Virus record (IMG/VR): IMGVR_UViG_3300020469_003050
Span: 1-64,000 of that record
Strand: one strand, 5' to 3'
Length of the DNA: 64,000 nt
The position numbers and the translations under genes were made by a program. Under the pieces are notes generated by a model that saw only the letters and a program-made list of their open reading frames with translations, did not search any database and was not told the DNA's origin. Shown in pieces: positions 1-9,106 of the stretch (within the stretch, counting starts at the first letter, position 1; each line of letters opens with the position of its first letter).

Positions 1-192
1 GCACAAGAAGAAGCTGAACGTACATTCGAAGCATTTATGTTGTGGACAAAACGTACATGTCTTGCATTTGGTTTATTTGGTGCAGTAGTTGTTGTAGGTT
101 GTAATAGTGGCGTTGAAACTGGACCTAATGCAACTGGTTCTAAATACAATGGCGAACAGTATAATCCAAGTAATATAAAGGTAGAAAAGTAA
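1..192 (+). CDS. 5'-truncated small membrane protein; weak resemblance to alphaproteobacterial aa3-type cytochrome c oxidase subunit IV
   Basis: Frame 1 is open from base 1 to TAA at 190-192: AQEEAERTFEAFMLWTKRTCLAFGLFGAVVVVGCNSG...VEK; one hydrophobic segment. Confidence 0.5.
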   Translation, partial: AQEEAERTFEAFMLWTKRTCLAFGLFGAVVVVGCNSGVETGPNATGSKYNGEQYNPSNIKVEK

Positions 193-512
193 TGTTAAAA
201 TATGTATTTGTATTTCTACTAATATCAACATCTGCTAATGCTAAGAATTTTATTGTAGAAAAATGTTTTGCAGAATTTGAAAAGTATTCGGATGTTGCTT
301 ATTGTATAGATAGCACTAGAAATGAAAATATAAGAAAAGCAAATGTAGAACAATGGGAGTTTTTGAAGAAGAACCCTCGTTACCGTTTTCCAGGCCAAAG
401 TTTAAACAAGTGTTTTGGTCTTCCAAGAGAATCTAAAATTCATCGTGTAGAATCTACAAATGATAGAACGGTTCTGTATTATAAGAGTTCAATTAAGCCG
501 TGTATACGTTAA
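192..512 (+). CDS. hypothetical secreted protein
   Basis: Signal-peptide-like N-terminus (MLKYVFVFLLISTSANA); 4 Cys; TAATG coupling to the upstream ORF. Confidence 0.7.
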   Translation: MLKYVFVFLLISTSANAKNFIVEKCFAEFEKYSDVAYCIDSTRNENIRKANVEQWEFLKKNPRYRFPGQSLNKCFGLPRESKIHRVESTNDRTVLYYKSSIKPCIR

Positions 513-513
513 G

Positions 514-535
514 AGTCGGGGCGTAAACCCCGACT
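514..535. terminator. hairpin between convergent genes (probable bidirectional terminator)
   Basis: AGTCGGGG-CGTAAA-CCCCGACT perfect 8-bp stem. Confidence 0.75.
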
Positions 536-540
536 AATAA

Positions 541-1050
541 TTAGTTTGCAAGTGGATTGTCTAACGCCCTTTGTAGACGTTTATTCAATCTAGTTTCAAG
601 TTCTTTAAGTTTTAAATCAGTACTAGTACGTAAGCTATCTGCTTTCTGTTCATAGTCTGTAAGTAACTGGTCACGTTTGTTTTCAAAACGTTGGTCAGCT
701 AAATCAATCTGTTCACGTACATTGTCTTCTACTTTGTTAACATCATCTTCTATTGAATCAACAATACGTTCTAATCTAACGATATCATCACGTAATCCGT
801 TTTTAATATCTTTAGAATAGTCTAGTGCTTCATCAAGTTTTGTGTTAACTACTTGTAGGTCTGCTTTAATTCCGCTTAGGTCAGGTGCCTGATAACTTAT
901 TATCTTGGCTTTCATATTTCTATAATCATTATAAAATTCAAAGCCTCCCCATGCGGCGCCACCTAGTGTACTCAGAATTGTTATAACTAAAAATAACTTT
1001 CCGCCAGTGAATTTAACTCCACCTACTTCTACTGTTGTTTTGTCACTCAT
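541..1050 (-). CDS. membrane-anchored coiled-coil protein
   Basis: N-terminal TM helix then heptad-rich helix; GGAG RBS. Confidence 0.75.
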   Translation of the reverse strand: MSDKTTVEVGGVKFTGGKLFLVITILSTLGGAAWGGFEFYNDYRNMKAKIISYQAPDLSGIKADLQVVNTKLDEALDYSKDIKNGLRDDIVRLERIVDSIEDDVNKVEDNVREQIDLADQRFENKRDQLLTDYEQKADSLRTSTDLKLKELETRLNKRLQRALDNPLAN

Positions 1051-1059
1051 AAGTTGCTC

Positions 1060-1389
1060 CTATTTTAATTCAAACTGTATGCCAAATACGACACCAGCCC
1101 TCTCCTCATCTTCAACTGTTGGCATAACGAATAAGTTTTTATATCTTAATCTAGCCATTGGTACAACATCATAGTCGTATCCAGTAGCAATGCCAAGGTC
1201 TAATGACAGATCCTCATCAAGACTATATTTATATGCCCCAATAAGACTCCATCGGTCTAAACTATTATAATAAGTTCCTACAATAGTCTTTTCGGTTTCG
1301 CACATTGCATATGGGTGAAGATTATTGTATTTTCCTTCTAATCCCATATGTGCCGAAAGTGCCAAACCTAATACTATACAATTTAACAT
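1060..1389 (-). CDS. small outer-membrane beta-barrel-like (PagP-like) protein
   Basis: SxH...YNNLHP...GTYYNS...GIATGY pattern, alternating beta strands, aromatic residue near the C-terminus. Confidence 0.5.
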   Translation of the reverse strand: MLNCIVLGLALSAHMGLEGKYNNLHPYAMCETEKTIVGTYYNSLDRWSLIGAYKYSLDEDLSLDLGIATGYDYDVVPMARLRYKNLFVMPTVEDEERAGVVFGIQFELK

Positions 1390-4214
1390 TATTCCATCCC
1401 CTCGTATTGCATATCAACCATTTTCTCATGCAATATCTCATTTGCGAGACCGTTTCTTAGGCCTCTTTGGTTTTCAGGTATCTTTTTATCTTTATAGATT
1501 TCTTCATATTGATAAAATTCTACACCTGGTATATAATACTCCCCATATGCTTTAAAACCTGGTACATAATTTATAAGTGCAGTTATTTGGGCTTGTAATG
1601 CCTGTTGTTGTTCTAATGAAACGGCTTTGCCCATAACATCTGCTAACTCTTTCAATTTGTTTTTGATGATTTCTTTCATCTTTTTTAATTTTGCTTTTCT
1701 TTTTTCTTCTTTAGTCATTTTCTTTTTTGTAGATTTATTTGAAGTAGTTTCTTCTTTATCGGAAGATTTTTCATCTTTCTTATCATCTTTCTTTTCTTCT
1801 TTCTTTTCTTTTTTATCTGACTTTTCTTCCTTTTCTTCTTCTTCTTTTTCTTCTACTTCTTCTTCTGACTCTTCCTCACTTTCTTCATTCTCAGATTCAT
1901 CAGTATTTTCCTCAGATTCATTTTCTTCGTCACTACCTTCATCCTCAGTTGATTCTTCTTCTGTATTTTCTTCTTCTGTGGATTCTTCTTCTGTACTTTC
2001 TTCTGTAGTTTCATTTTCTGTACTTTCATTTTCACTTTCTACTTCAATATCTTCTATTGACTCTGACTCACTTTCTTCTGTCTCTACTTCTACTTCCATT
2101 GTATCATCAGATGTATCTTGTGTTGGAATTTCTATATCGATTTCCATTTCTGCTTCAATTTCCATCTCTAGTTCCATCTCAATTTCTAATTCAAGTTGTT
2201 CTGTAACATCTGGAACAGGAACTTCTATTACTTCTGGTTCTACTGGTGTAATATCTGGTATTTCAACTTCTATTTCTGGTACTGTAATAATTTCTACTCC
2301 GGGTATATTACCAGGAATAGTAACTTCTGGTGCCTCAATAATATTATCAACAACTGAATCACCAGTACCTGTACCATCATCAATAATATCATCTATATCT
2401 GTTTCTACTACAGGTGCAACATAACCTGGACACATTTCATCATATTGTGGGTTTTGTTGACATTGTTGATTGAAGTATGCATCTTGATATCCTGTACATT
2501 GAAAGTTATAAAGTGGATCTAAATCACATTGCTGATTAAAATATGCATCAGCATATCCTGTACAACTTTCATCATACAATGGATTTTGCTCACATTGATA
2601 TGTTAAGAAAGCCGCCGCATATCCAGTACATGAACTATCATATAATGGATTAGATTCACATTGAAGTGTTAAATATGCCGCATCATAACCTGTACATTCT
2701 GAATCATATAAAGGATTGGCAGTACATGCCTGATTGAATATATATGTTGCATATGCTTCTGCATAACCTGTACACATTTGATTGAATAGTGTATTTGAAT
2801 CGCATTGTGTTGTCATGTATGAAGTTTTAAAAAATCTATAAGTCTTACCATTGTCTGGTTGAACAGTATTTCCACTTGCATTTTTTGTATATAAGAACAT
2901 ATGAGTTCCAGTTCCACTACCTTGAACCGAAACACTACTGATAGTTCCATAATCATCAGTACAATTCGTACCTGTACATTCCCATTTCCAGCCACCTGCG
3001 TTTATTTCTGCTTGGTTATAATATAATATCCAATAAAGTGTTGGGTCATTTGCTTTAGTTACTTCAACAAAGTCACTGCCTGCTCCTGCAACGTTTGTAC
3101 CATTGCTTGTTAATTCTGTAATTGCACTACTATAACCTGTACATGAACTATCGTAATGTGCATCTAAGCCACATTGTTGTGCTAAGTAGGCCGCGGCATA
3201 ACCCGTACACCCACTATCATAAAGAGGATTAGCAGTACATTGTTGAGTATAGATTGCTTCTGCATATCCCGGACAAGCCGCATCGTGTGTTGCATCTAAA
3301 CTACATTGTTGATTAAAATAAGCAGTAGCATAACCAGGACAACCTGAATCGTATAAAGCATCAGCGGCACAATTTTGGTCATATTGTTGGGCCGCATATG
3401 CAGTAGCATATCCTGGACAACTTGGATCATATAGTGCAGTATCATTACAAGGATTTGCTCTATAAGTAAACCAAGTTTTTATATCTTTTACGATAGGTCC
3501 GTAGTACCCGTCCCAATTACCTTTATCGTAACCATTAATTCTAAAACGAACATCACCTACTGAATTTGGTGTACGTATTGTTCCTACTTTATCTATGTGA
3601 TTGTAAATTTCTATATTGTCTTCGTGTATCTGCCAGACAGTTGTACCTTCTGCGACTTCATTAGTACTGTGGCTATTACTTGAATTCCATTGATACCATG
3701 TATCCATTGTCCAAGTTTTTGTTTCAACTACATTACCACTAGAATCTGTGACTTCTACAACTACAACTAATTCGTCCCAATATGTATCATCGGTGACTTC
3801 ACCTGTTGTAGTGTTTGCTCTATTGCTGATATTGGCACTACAAAAGTTACCAGGTGTATTGAAACAGTGAATATACTTCCATTGATAGTGAACTTTATCT
3901 ATGCTTACGCCTGTGCCTTGTAGTGCTTGATTGATTGCATAAGAAATAGCAAATGTATTTTGGCACTCTCCCCACCTTATAGTACTTCCAGATCCATAAA
4001 CATATGCGGCAGAAGTGCCTGCAGGACAATTACCAAATGGTTGGCCTATTGTACCATCATCTAAATCTAAGGTATTTGGACTAGTAGTTGTTGGGTTAGT
4101 TGGTGCAGTGGTATCTGATGCGAATACTGTGCTACAGAACGAAAGCCAGAACAGCAAGAATACCGCCGATAGTAAGCCCTTCGACCATTCCTTCTTTAGC
4201 AAGTTTTTTCTCAT
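1389..4214 (-). CDS. large secreted Cys-repeat protein with acidic/Lys-rich stalk
   Basis: Signal peptide; 11 CxxxxxYDxxC[PT]GY-type repeats; E/D-rich then K-rich low-complexity region. Confidence 0.8.
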   Translation of the reverse strand: MRKNLLKKEWSKGLLSAVFLLFWLSFCSTVFASDTTAPTNPTTTSPNTLDLDDGTIGQPFGNCPAGTSAAYVYGSGSTIRWGECQNTFAISYAINQALQGTGVSIDKVHYQWKYIHCFNTPGNFCSANISNRANTTTGEVTDDTYWDELVVVVEVTDSSGNVVETKTWTMDTWYQWNSSNSHSTNEVAEGTTVWQIHEDNIEIYNHIDKVGTIRTPNSVGDVRFRINGYDKGNWDGYYGPIVKDIKTWFTYRANPCNDTALYDPSCPGYATAYAAQQYDQNCAADALYDSGCPGYATAYFNQQCSLDATHDAACPGYAEAIYTQQCTANPLYDSGCTGYAAAYLAQQCGLDAHYDSSCTGYSSAITELTSNGTNVAGAGSDFVEVTKANDPTLYWILYYNQAEINAGGWKWECTGTNCTDDYGTISSVSVQGSGTGTHMFLYTKNASGNTVQPDNGKTYRFFKTSYMTTQCDSNTLFNQMCTGYAEAYATYIFNQACTANPLYDSECTGYDAAYLTLQCESNPLYDSSCTGYAAAFLTYQCEQNPLYDESCTGYADAYFNQQCDLDPLYNFQCTGYQDAYFNQQCQQNPQYDEMCPGYVAPVVETDIDDIIDDGTGTGDSVVDNIIEAPEVTIPGNIPGVEIITVPEIEVEIPDITPVEPEVIEVPVPDVTEQLELEIEMELEMEIEAEMEIDIEIPTQDTSDDTMEVEVETEESESESIEDIEVESENESTENETTEESTEEESTEEENTEEESTEDEGSDEENESEENTDESENEESEEESEEEVEEKEEEEKEEKSDKKEKKEEKKDDKKDEKSSDKEETTSNKSTKKKMTKEEKRKAKLKKMKEIIKNKLKELADVMGKAVSLEQQQALQAQITALINYVPGFKAYGEYYIPGVEFYQYEEIYKDKKIPENQRGLRNGLANEILHEKMVDMQYEGME
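2420..3450 (-). repeat. ~22-aa Cys-pair tandem repeats (5 + 6 copies) flanking an inserted domain
   Basis: e.g. CTANPLYDSGCTGY, CESNPLYDSSCTGY, CEQNPLYDESCTGY; boundaries approximate. Confidence 0.85.
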
Positions 4215-4752
4215 TATCTACATCAACCTTTTTAGGCATCTTTTGTGGATTCTTTTTCCACAATTCGTATGCTTCTTCGCCAATTTTACCATTGTACGGA
4301 CAGGGTGTCCCTGCCATAGCCATAGCATCAAAAACTCTTCGGTCTTGACACATTACTGATACCGCCGCAACCTTCATGCCCATATCGTATAGTGTTTTGG
4401 AAAGTTTAAGTCTTTCACAATTGGCATCCCTGTAGGTTTGACCTGTAGATACTCCTAAAATCTGCGTTTGTACTGCGCCACTAACACCAACAGTACATAA
4501 ATCAGAATTACTTCCACTAATAGAAGGCGATATAGCACTAGGTGGTGGGCTTTTTACAGTTGTATCAGTATCCGTATCAGACTTGACTGTACTATTACTA
4601 GTAGAATCTGTAACGATAGGATCTGCCGCAATCGCAGATGTAGTTAACATGATTCCCAAAAGTAACGCAATGAAAAAGGTCAAAGCGGTAGAGTGGGAAA
4701 GATATTTCCTTTTTAGGCTCATAAGTGTCTCCTCTAAGCCTGACTGCATCAT
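4132..4752 (-). CDS. secreted/membrane-anchored Cys-containing phage protein
   Basis: Signal peptide, PPSAISP...C...CERLKLSKTLYDMGMKVAAVSVMC...GTPCP, C-terminal TM; overlaps the next gene by 83 nt. Confidence 0.75.
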   Translation of the reverse strand: MMQSGLEETLMSLKRKYLSHSTALTFFIALLLGIMLTTSAIAADPIVTDSTSNSTVKSDTDTDTTVKSPPPSAISPSISGSNSDLCTVGVSGAVQTQILGVSTGQTYRDANCERLKLSKTLYDMGMKVAAVSVMCQDRRVFDAMAMAGTPCPYNGKIGEEAYELWKKNPQKMPKKVDVDNEKKLAKEGMVEGLTIGGILAVLAFVL

Positions 4753-4826
4753 AGAATTTCTTCAAACCTTACAGTCAGTAACAAAACCATATATATAATT
4801 TTAAAAATAATTATACTCAATGTTAA

Positions 4827-4834
4827 TATTTATC
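4827..4834 (-). promoter_or_regulatory. T4-like late promoter GATAAATA
   Basis: Upstream of the minus-strand 4752-541 operon. Confidence 0.55.
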
Positions 4835-4956
4835 TAAATGGTTCAAAAATTTGACAATAGGTATTGACTTTTTGGCTTAAATCGTTTATATTTGTATGAA
4901 GTAAATTTGACAGTGATTCTATTCAAAAAATTGACACCGTCAAAAAGTTGTTGCGA

Positions 4957-5034
4957 GGGGGTGCCGTGAAGTTGGAGTTTCACACTGGTCTCCAAAACCA
5001 GTATTAGTAGGTTCGAATCCTATCACCTCTGCCA
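4957..5034 (+). tRNA. tRNA-Trp(CCA)
   Basis: Anticodon arm CTGGT-CTCCAAA-ACCAG, T-loop TTCGAAT, G discriminator, encoded CCA; atypical C at position 8. Confidence 0.85.
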
Positions 5035-5050
5035 ACAAATACCCATTTTG

Positions 5051-5058
5051 TATAAATA
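5051..5058 (+). promoter_or_regulatory. T4-like late promoter TATAAATA
   Basis: Exact T4 gp55 consensus upstream of ORF 5080. Confidence 0.6.
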
Positions 5059-5079
5059 CGACTATAATGGGAGACTCAA

Positions 5080-5508
5080 ATGAATGACCTTAACTCACTA
5101 AGCATGGAATTATCTGATTTTCTTTTACCCTGGATTGGTGTCTTAATATCTTTGGTTGTTGCTATTTGGTTTAAAGATTTTGCTACAGGATTAGCAAAAG
5201 GCTTAAAATTCAAAATGGATCCAGCATTTAATGAAGGCGATGAGGTTCTACTTGATGGCGAACTAGCAATGATTGTAAAGATTGGTGCAAGACAGACAGT
5301 ATTTGGTGTATATTCTGAGAGAGGATATACGTGGAGATATGTTCCAAATGAAAGAATTCCAGTACTAAAACTAGAAAAAGTTATCAAAAAAGACTTACAC
5401 GTTGACACTGATGAGGAAAAAGCACAAAAGATGAAGTCACTTATCGATAAAGTACAAGATGATAAGATAGCCGCTAATTCGCAAGAAATACAAAAATTGA
5501 AGAAATAA
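5080..5508 (+). CDS. MscS (small mechanosensitive channel)-like domain protein, short
   Basis: TM helix then FNEGDEVLLDG...IVKIGARQT...VPN, the MscS beta-domain pattern. Confidence 0.6.
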   Translation: MNDLNSLSMELSDFLLPWIGVLISLVVAIWFKDFATGLAKGLKFKMDPAFNEGDEVLLDGELAMIVKIGARQTVFGVYSERGYTWRYVPNERIPVLKLEKVIKKDLHVDTDEEKAQKMKSLIDKVQDDKIAANSQEIQKLKK

Positions 5509-5511
5509 CAC

Positions 5512-5540
5512 TTGACACCGAGTTTGTTTAATGTTATTAT
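5512..5540 (+). promoter_or_regulatory. sigma70-type promoter
   Basis: TTGACA-N17-TATTAT with TG extension. Confidence 0.7.
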
Positions 5541-5567
5541 TATCTATATAACTCATAGGAGAAACTT

Positions 5568-5780
5568 ATGGATTTAGGTATAAACCCAGGATACATTGCC
5601 GTTTTTTTCGGTTTAGTGTTATTTTATATGGGATATTTAAAAGGTAAAGACGTAGGACGAGAGCAAGGTGCTGGAGGTATGATTGATATGCTTCATCATA
5701 ACGGATATCTCAAAGTAAAAGGTCATACGATTGACGAAAAAGGAAAACCACAAATAGAATTTGCAAAAATAGACGAATAG
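5568..5780 (+). CDS. hypothetical membrane protein
   Basis: AGGAGA RBS; N-terminal TM. Confidence 0.75.
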   Translation: MDLGINPGYIAVFFGLVLFYMGYLKGKDVGREQGAGGMIDMLHHNGYLKVKGHTIDEKGKPQIEFAKIDE

Positions 5781-5788
5781 GAAACAAC

Positions 5789-5986
5789 ATGTCTTTTGAA
5801 ATTATTTACACACCGAGAGTTGAAAATGAAGTAGTAGTTGCTAGATTCGAAACATTAGAAGAGGCAAATGCACATTTAGAAACAATTAGAGAAACAAGAC
5901 CTAATGCATATCGACATCACAGAATTGAAGAAGTCAGAGAGCAAGAGTGGTTAGGTCAAGACAGTGGAATAGAAAATTTCGTATGA
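5789..5986 (+). CDS. hypothetical protein
   Basis: AGGA RBS; tight operon spacing. Confidence 0.7.
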   Translation: MSFEIIYTPRVENEVVVARFETLEEANAHLETIRETRPNAYRHHRIEEVREQEWLGQDSGIENFV

Positions 5987-6402
5987 GTGAAAACAAAGAG
6001 TCTGAGAACTTAGATGCTCTCTTTGAGAGAATGGATAAGTTCTCAAAACAATTCGATTATATCAAACCTTTCGGAAAAGATATCAAAATATATTATTTCA
6101 AACACAGAGAACGTTTGAAAATGACAGTACGTGTTACTGATAACTTTGCTATGACATATTATTGGGATAAAGCAGAGTTTGATGATATGATTGAAAACTG
6201 GCAAAATGAATGGGTTGGAAAAGCAAAGGGTGTTGAAATGTTCATTGGTCCTAAGAATAGAGAAGGACAAAGATTCGTAAGAATATCAGCCGCAGGTAGG
6301 GCATGTCATGAACATAGAGTTCCATTTCGTGCAATGATTCAACTAAAGAAAGAATATTATCATCAACTTAATAATCCAATGCCATGGGACAAAGAGGAAT
6401 AG
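5983..6402 (+). CDS. hypothetical protein
   Basis: ATGA overlap with the upstream stop; ATG 5983 preferred over GTG 5947. Confidence 0.7.
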   Translation: MSENKESENLDALFERMDKFSKQFDYIKPFGKDIKIYYFKHRERLKMTVRVTDNFAMTYYWDKAEFDDMIENWQNEWVGKAKGVEMFIGPKNREGQRFVRISAAGRACHEHRVPFRAMIQLKKEYYHQLNNPMPWDKEE

Positions 6403-6405
6403 GTG

Positions 6406-6434
6406 TTGACAAAGTTTACAAAAGGACTTAAAAT
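6406..6434 (+). promoter_or_regulatory. sigma70-type promoter upstream of clamp loader
   Basis: TTGACA-N17-TAAAAT. Confidence 0.6.
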
Positions 6435-6547
6435 AAATGAAGTTTTAAAAGAAGCGAAATTCCAAAAGGATATCGTATGGCAACCGCCTTTGACAGAAGA
6501 TGAAACTTTAAATGGTAAAGCAAAAGATTTTATAAAAGAAAACGGAG

Positions 6548-7480
6548 TTGAACTTGAAAGAATTATGGGTAGAAAAATACAGACCAAGTAGTATAGGTCA
6601 GTATGTTTTTAGGGACGATAAACAGAAACATCAAGTACAAAGTTGGGTAGAAAGTGGTGCTATACCACATCTATTATTTTCGGGTTCAGCAGGAACAGGT
6701 AAAACTACATTAGCAAAAGTTCTTCTAAAAGAATTACAAGTTGATGATGGTGATGTAATGTTCATCAATGCATCAAGTGAAAATAACGTAGACACAATGC
6801 GTACAAAGATTAATGGATTTGCTAGTTCACTTCCTTTTTCAGGTGATTTTAAATATGTCTTACTAGATGAGGCAGATTATCTATCTCAAAATGCACAAGC
6901 AATTCTACGTAATATGATGGAGACGTATTCTTCAACATGTAGATTTATTCTAACATGTAATTATCCAAACAAAGTTATTCCAGCAATTCATTCACGTTGT
7001 CAAGGTTATCATATTGAAAAACTAGATACGAATGAGTTCACAGCCCGTGTTGCTGAAATTCTTATTACAGAAAACATTCAACCAGATTTAGAAATACTTG
7101 ACGTTTATGTTAGGTCAGCATATCCTGATTTACGTAAATGTATCAATATGGTTCAACAAAATATTGTTGATGGTGCTTTGCAACAACCTGGTCAAGGTGA
7201 AAGTGGTGAGAGTGATTGGATACTTGAATATGTGGCATTGTTTCAGTTAGGTAAAGTAGCAGAGGCACGTAAATTGATTGTATCAAAAGCACGTGCAGAA
7301 GAATATGAAGGAGTGTATCGTAAACTATATGAGAATTTAGATTGGTTTGGCGATGATGAAATGAAAAGAGGTAAAGCATTGATGTGTATACGTGATGGTT
7401 TAGTAAATCATTCACTAGTTGCTGATCCTGAGATTAATCTAAGTGCGACATTATTAGAGTTACAATACATAGCAAAGTAA
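6548..7480 (+). CDS. sliding-clamp loader AAA+ subunit (T4 gp44/RFC small subunit-like)
   Basis: LWVEKYRP, Walker A GSAGTGKT, LLDEADYL, SRC motif; TTG start. Confidence 0.95.
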   Translation: MNLKELWVEKYRPSSIGQYVFRDDKQKHQVQSWVESGAIPHLLFSGSAGTGKTTLAKVLLKELQVDDGDVMFINASSENNVDTMRTKINGFASSLPFSGDFKYVLLDEADYLSQNAQAILRNMMETYSSTCRFILTCNYPNKVIPAIHSRCQGYHIEKLDTNEFTARVAEILITENIQPDLEILDVYVRSAYPDLRKCINMVQQNIVDGALQQPGQGESGESDWILEYVALFQLGKVAEARKLIVSKARAEEYEGVYRKLYENLDWFGDDEMKRGKALMCIRDGLVNHSLVADPEINLSATLLELQYIAK

Positions 7481-7884
7481 TGTACACACCCAAGGTAATT
7501 ATTCCGGAAGGAATACAATCTCAATATAAGTTAATGTTATACAGAATAATCATTGCATTATGTGAGGACAAACAGCCGGTTAATCCGTTTAAGTCTTTAT
7601 ATGATACAGTTGATGGGTTAAGAATAGCATTGAATACAACTAATGATTTGCCCGGTGCTATAAAACATTGGGATACAGAAATATCAGAAGGCAAATACAA
7701 TTACATAATCTTAGGAGATCCCAATCCATCAGGTTATAAAGAAAGTGTTTTACAAAAAGTTATGAATGAATGTTCAAATCCAAGCAGTAGCCTTATCAAT
7801 GATGAGTGGTTTCTAGCAATGATAAATATTACTAATAAAAATAAGTTAGTAGTTAATAAAGACTTAAAGATTACGATAGAATAA
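7480..7884 (+). CDS. hypothetical protein
   Basis: TAATG-coupled ORF. Confidence 0.7.
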   Translation: MYTPKVIIPEGIQSQYKLMLYRIIIALCEDKQPVNPFKSLYDTVDGLRIALNTTNDLPGAIKHWDTEISEGKYNYIILGDPNPSGYKESVLQKVMNECSNPSSSLINDEWFLAMINITNKNKLVVNKDLKITIE

Positions 7885-8222
7885 TGGCAAAGAAAGCATA
7901 TATAGTTTTAGCCCACACGTTTAGACCCGCTGATGGAGAGAATACCTCCATGAAAGATTTTGGTAAAAAGGGAAAATGGACAATGATGGAAGATTGCTAT
8001 TTCGTTACAAGATTACGTAAACGTTATTGGGATCATTCCACAACAATTATCAATCTTACAGATGCTAAGATTGAAAAGAACTCCGCTGAAACAAAAGACT
8101 ATAATAAGATAGTTCAACATGTTATGATTAAGTACCCACAACACTTCAATGCGTTTGTAAAAGAGTGCAAAGAGGGTGGATTAATTAATAAGGGAGCATC
8201 AGAGGAACAACCTACAGAGTAA
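7884..8222 (+). CDS. hypothetical protein
   Basis: TAATG-coupled ORF. Confidence 0.7.
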   Translation: MAKKAYIVLAHTFRPADGENTSMKDFGKKGKWTMMEDCYFVTRLRKRYWDHSTTIINLTDAKIEKNSAETKDYNKIVQHVMIKYPQHFNAFVKECKEGGLINKGASEEQPTE

Positions 8223-8225
8223 TAC

Positions 8226-8669
8226 ATGGCTATTATACATATATATGACTATGAAGACGGCATTCAAGACTTCATCGGTAATATGTTACCGTACGAATAC
8301 AAAACATTTGATTGGGACAAAGACGGGTTCTTTCAATTCGACAAATTAAACTCAGGTGATTACAATATAGTTTGCTTAACTAAGCCATATGATTGTTTAC
8401 AGAATGGTACTAACAAAGGTAAGTATAATGCAGAATCTCCTAAGGAAATGAAGATATGGAGCAGGAGAAACTGGAGATATAACACACAAGATATCAATGA
8501 TGAAATATATAAGTTTTTAACTAAACTAGAAGGCAACTATATTTGTATTCATCCTGATATGATTGAAGAAAAAGTCACAGACCTTTGTGCATATTTAATG
8601 ACTAACCAAGTAAATTTTAAAAAAAGAGAATACAACAAGTTTTATAAAGAACAGATTAATATAAAATGA
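8226..8669 (+). CDS. hypothetical protein
   Basis: Operon-packed ORF. Confidence 0.7.
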   Translation: MAIIHIYDYEDGIQDFIGNMLPYEYKTFDWDKDGFFQFDKLNSGDYNIVCLTKPYDCLQNGTNKGKYNAESPKEMKIWSRRNWRYNTQDINDEIYKFLTKLEGNYICIHPDMIEEKVTDLCAYLMTNQVNFKKREYNKFYKEQINIK

Positions 8670-9106
8670 GTAAAATAATAAGAGATAAGTTTAATGCAGA
8701 ACATAAGATGCCTACAACACAAATTATGGGCACCATATCAGATGCTATTGCTCTCAAAATTAATCAAATGGTTGTTTCAGGTGATACAAGCGAAGCAAAG
8801 ACGATTGTAGACCACCTCAACCAAATACTAAAGACCGATATATCTGATATTAATGCAGATACTTTCCCAGAACCTTTTCAAACTGAATCTAAGATGAATG
8901 TAGATTACACAAATCCAACAGGTTTGTTCTTTCTAGTTACATCAGGTTCAGCAGAAATAAGAGTAGAGGGAAAAAGTTTTCAATTAAATCGTAAAAAGAT
9001 ATTCTTTGTTAACGAAAGATTACCGTATGTTATCTTATCACCAGATAGTAGCAGACTAAATATGATGTCTGCCAAGTTTATGTGGGATAAGAATCTTCAT
9101 GCATAA
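8666..9106 (+). CDS. hypothetical protein, possible cupin-like C-terminal fold
   Basis: LFFLVTSGSAEIRVEGKSFQL beta-rich segment; ATGA overlap. Confidence 0.6.
   Translation: MSKIIRDKFNAEHKMPTTQIMGTISDAIALKINQMVVSGDTSEAKTIVDHLNQILKTDISDINADTFPEPFQTESKMNVDYTNPTGLFFLVTSGSAEIRVEGKSFQLNRKKIFFVNERLPYVILSPDSSRLNMMSAKFMWDKNLHA

Noticed and set aside
1627-2424. 265-aa Ser-rich plus-strand ORF
   Set aside because: Antisense shadow of the Glu/Lys-rich region of the 941-aa gene
2420-3450. Regularly spaced ~66-nt repeats as a possible CRISPR array
   Set aside because: Repeats are degenerate at third codon positions and encode protein repeats; no cas genes
6403-6591. 62-aa GTG ORF
   Set aside because: Overlaps a good sigma70 promoter and the clamp-loader start; could be real but is unsupported
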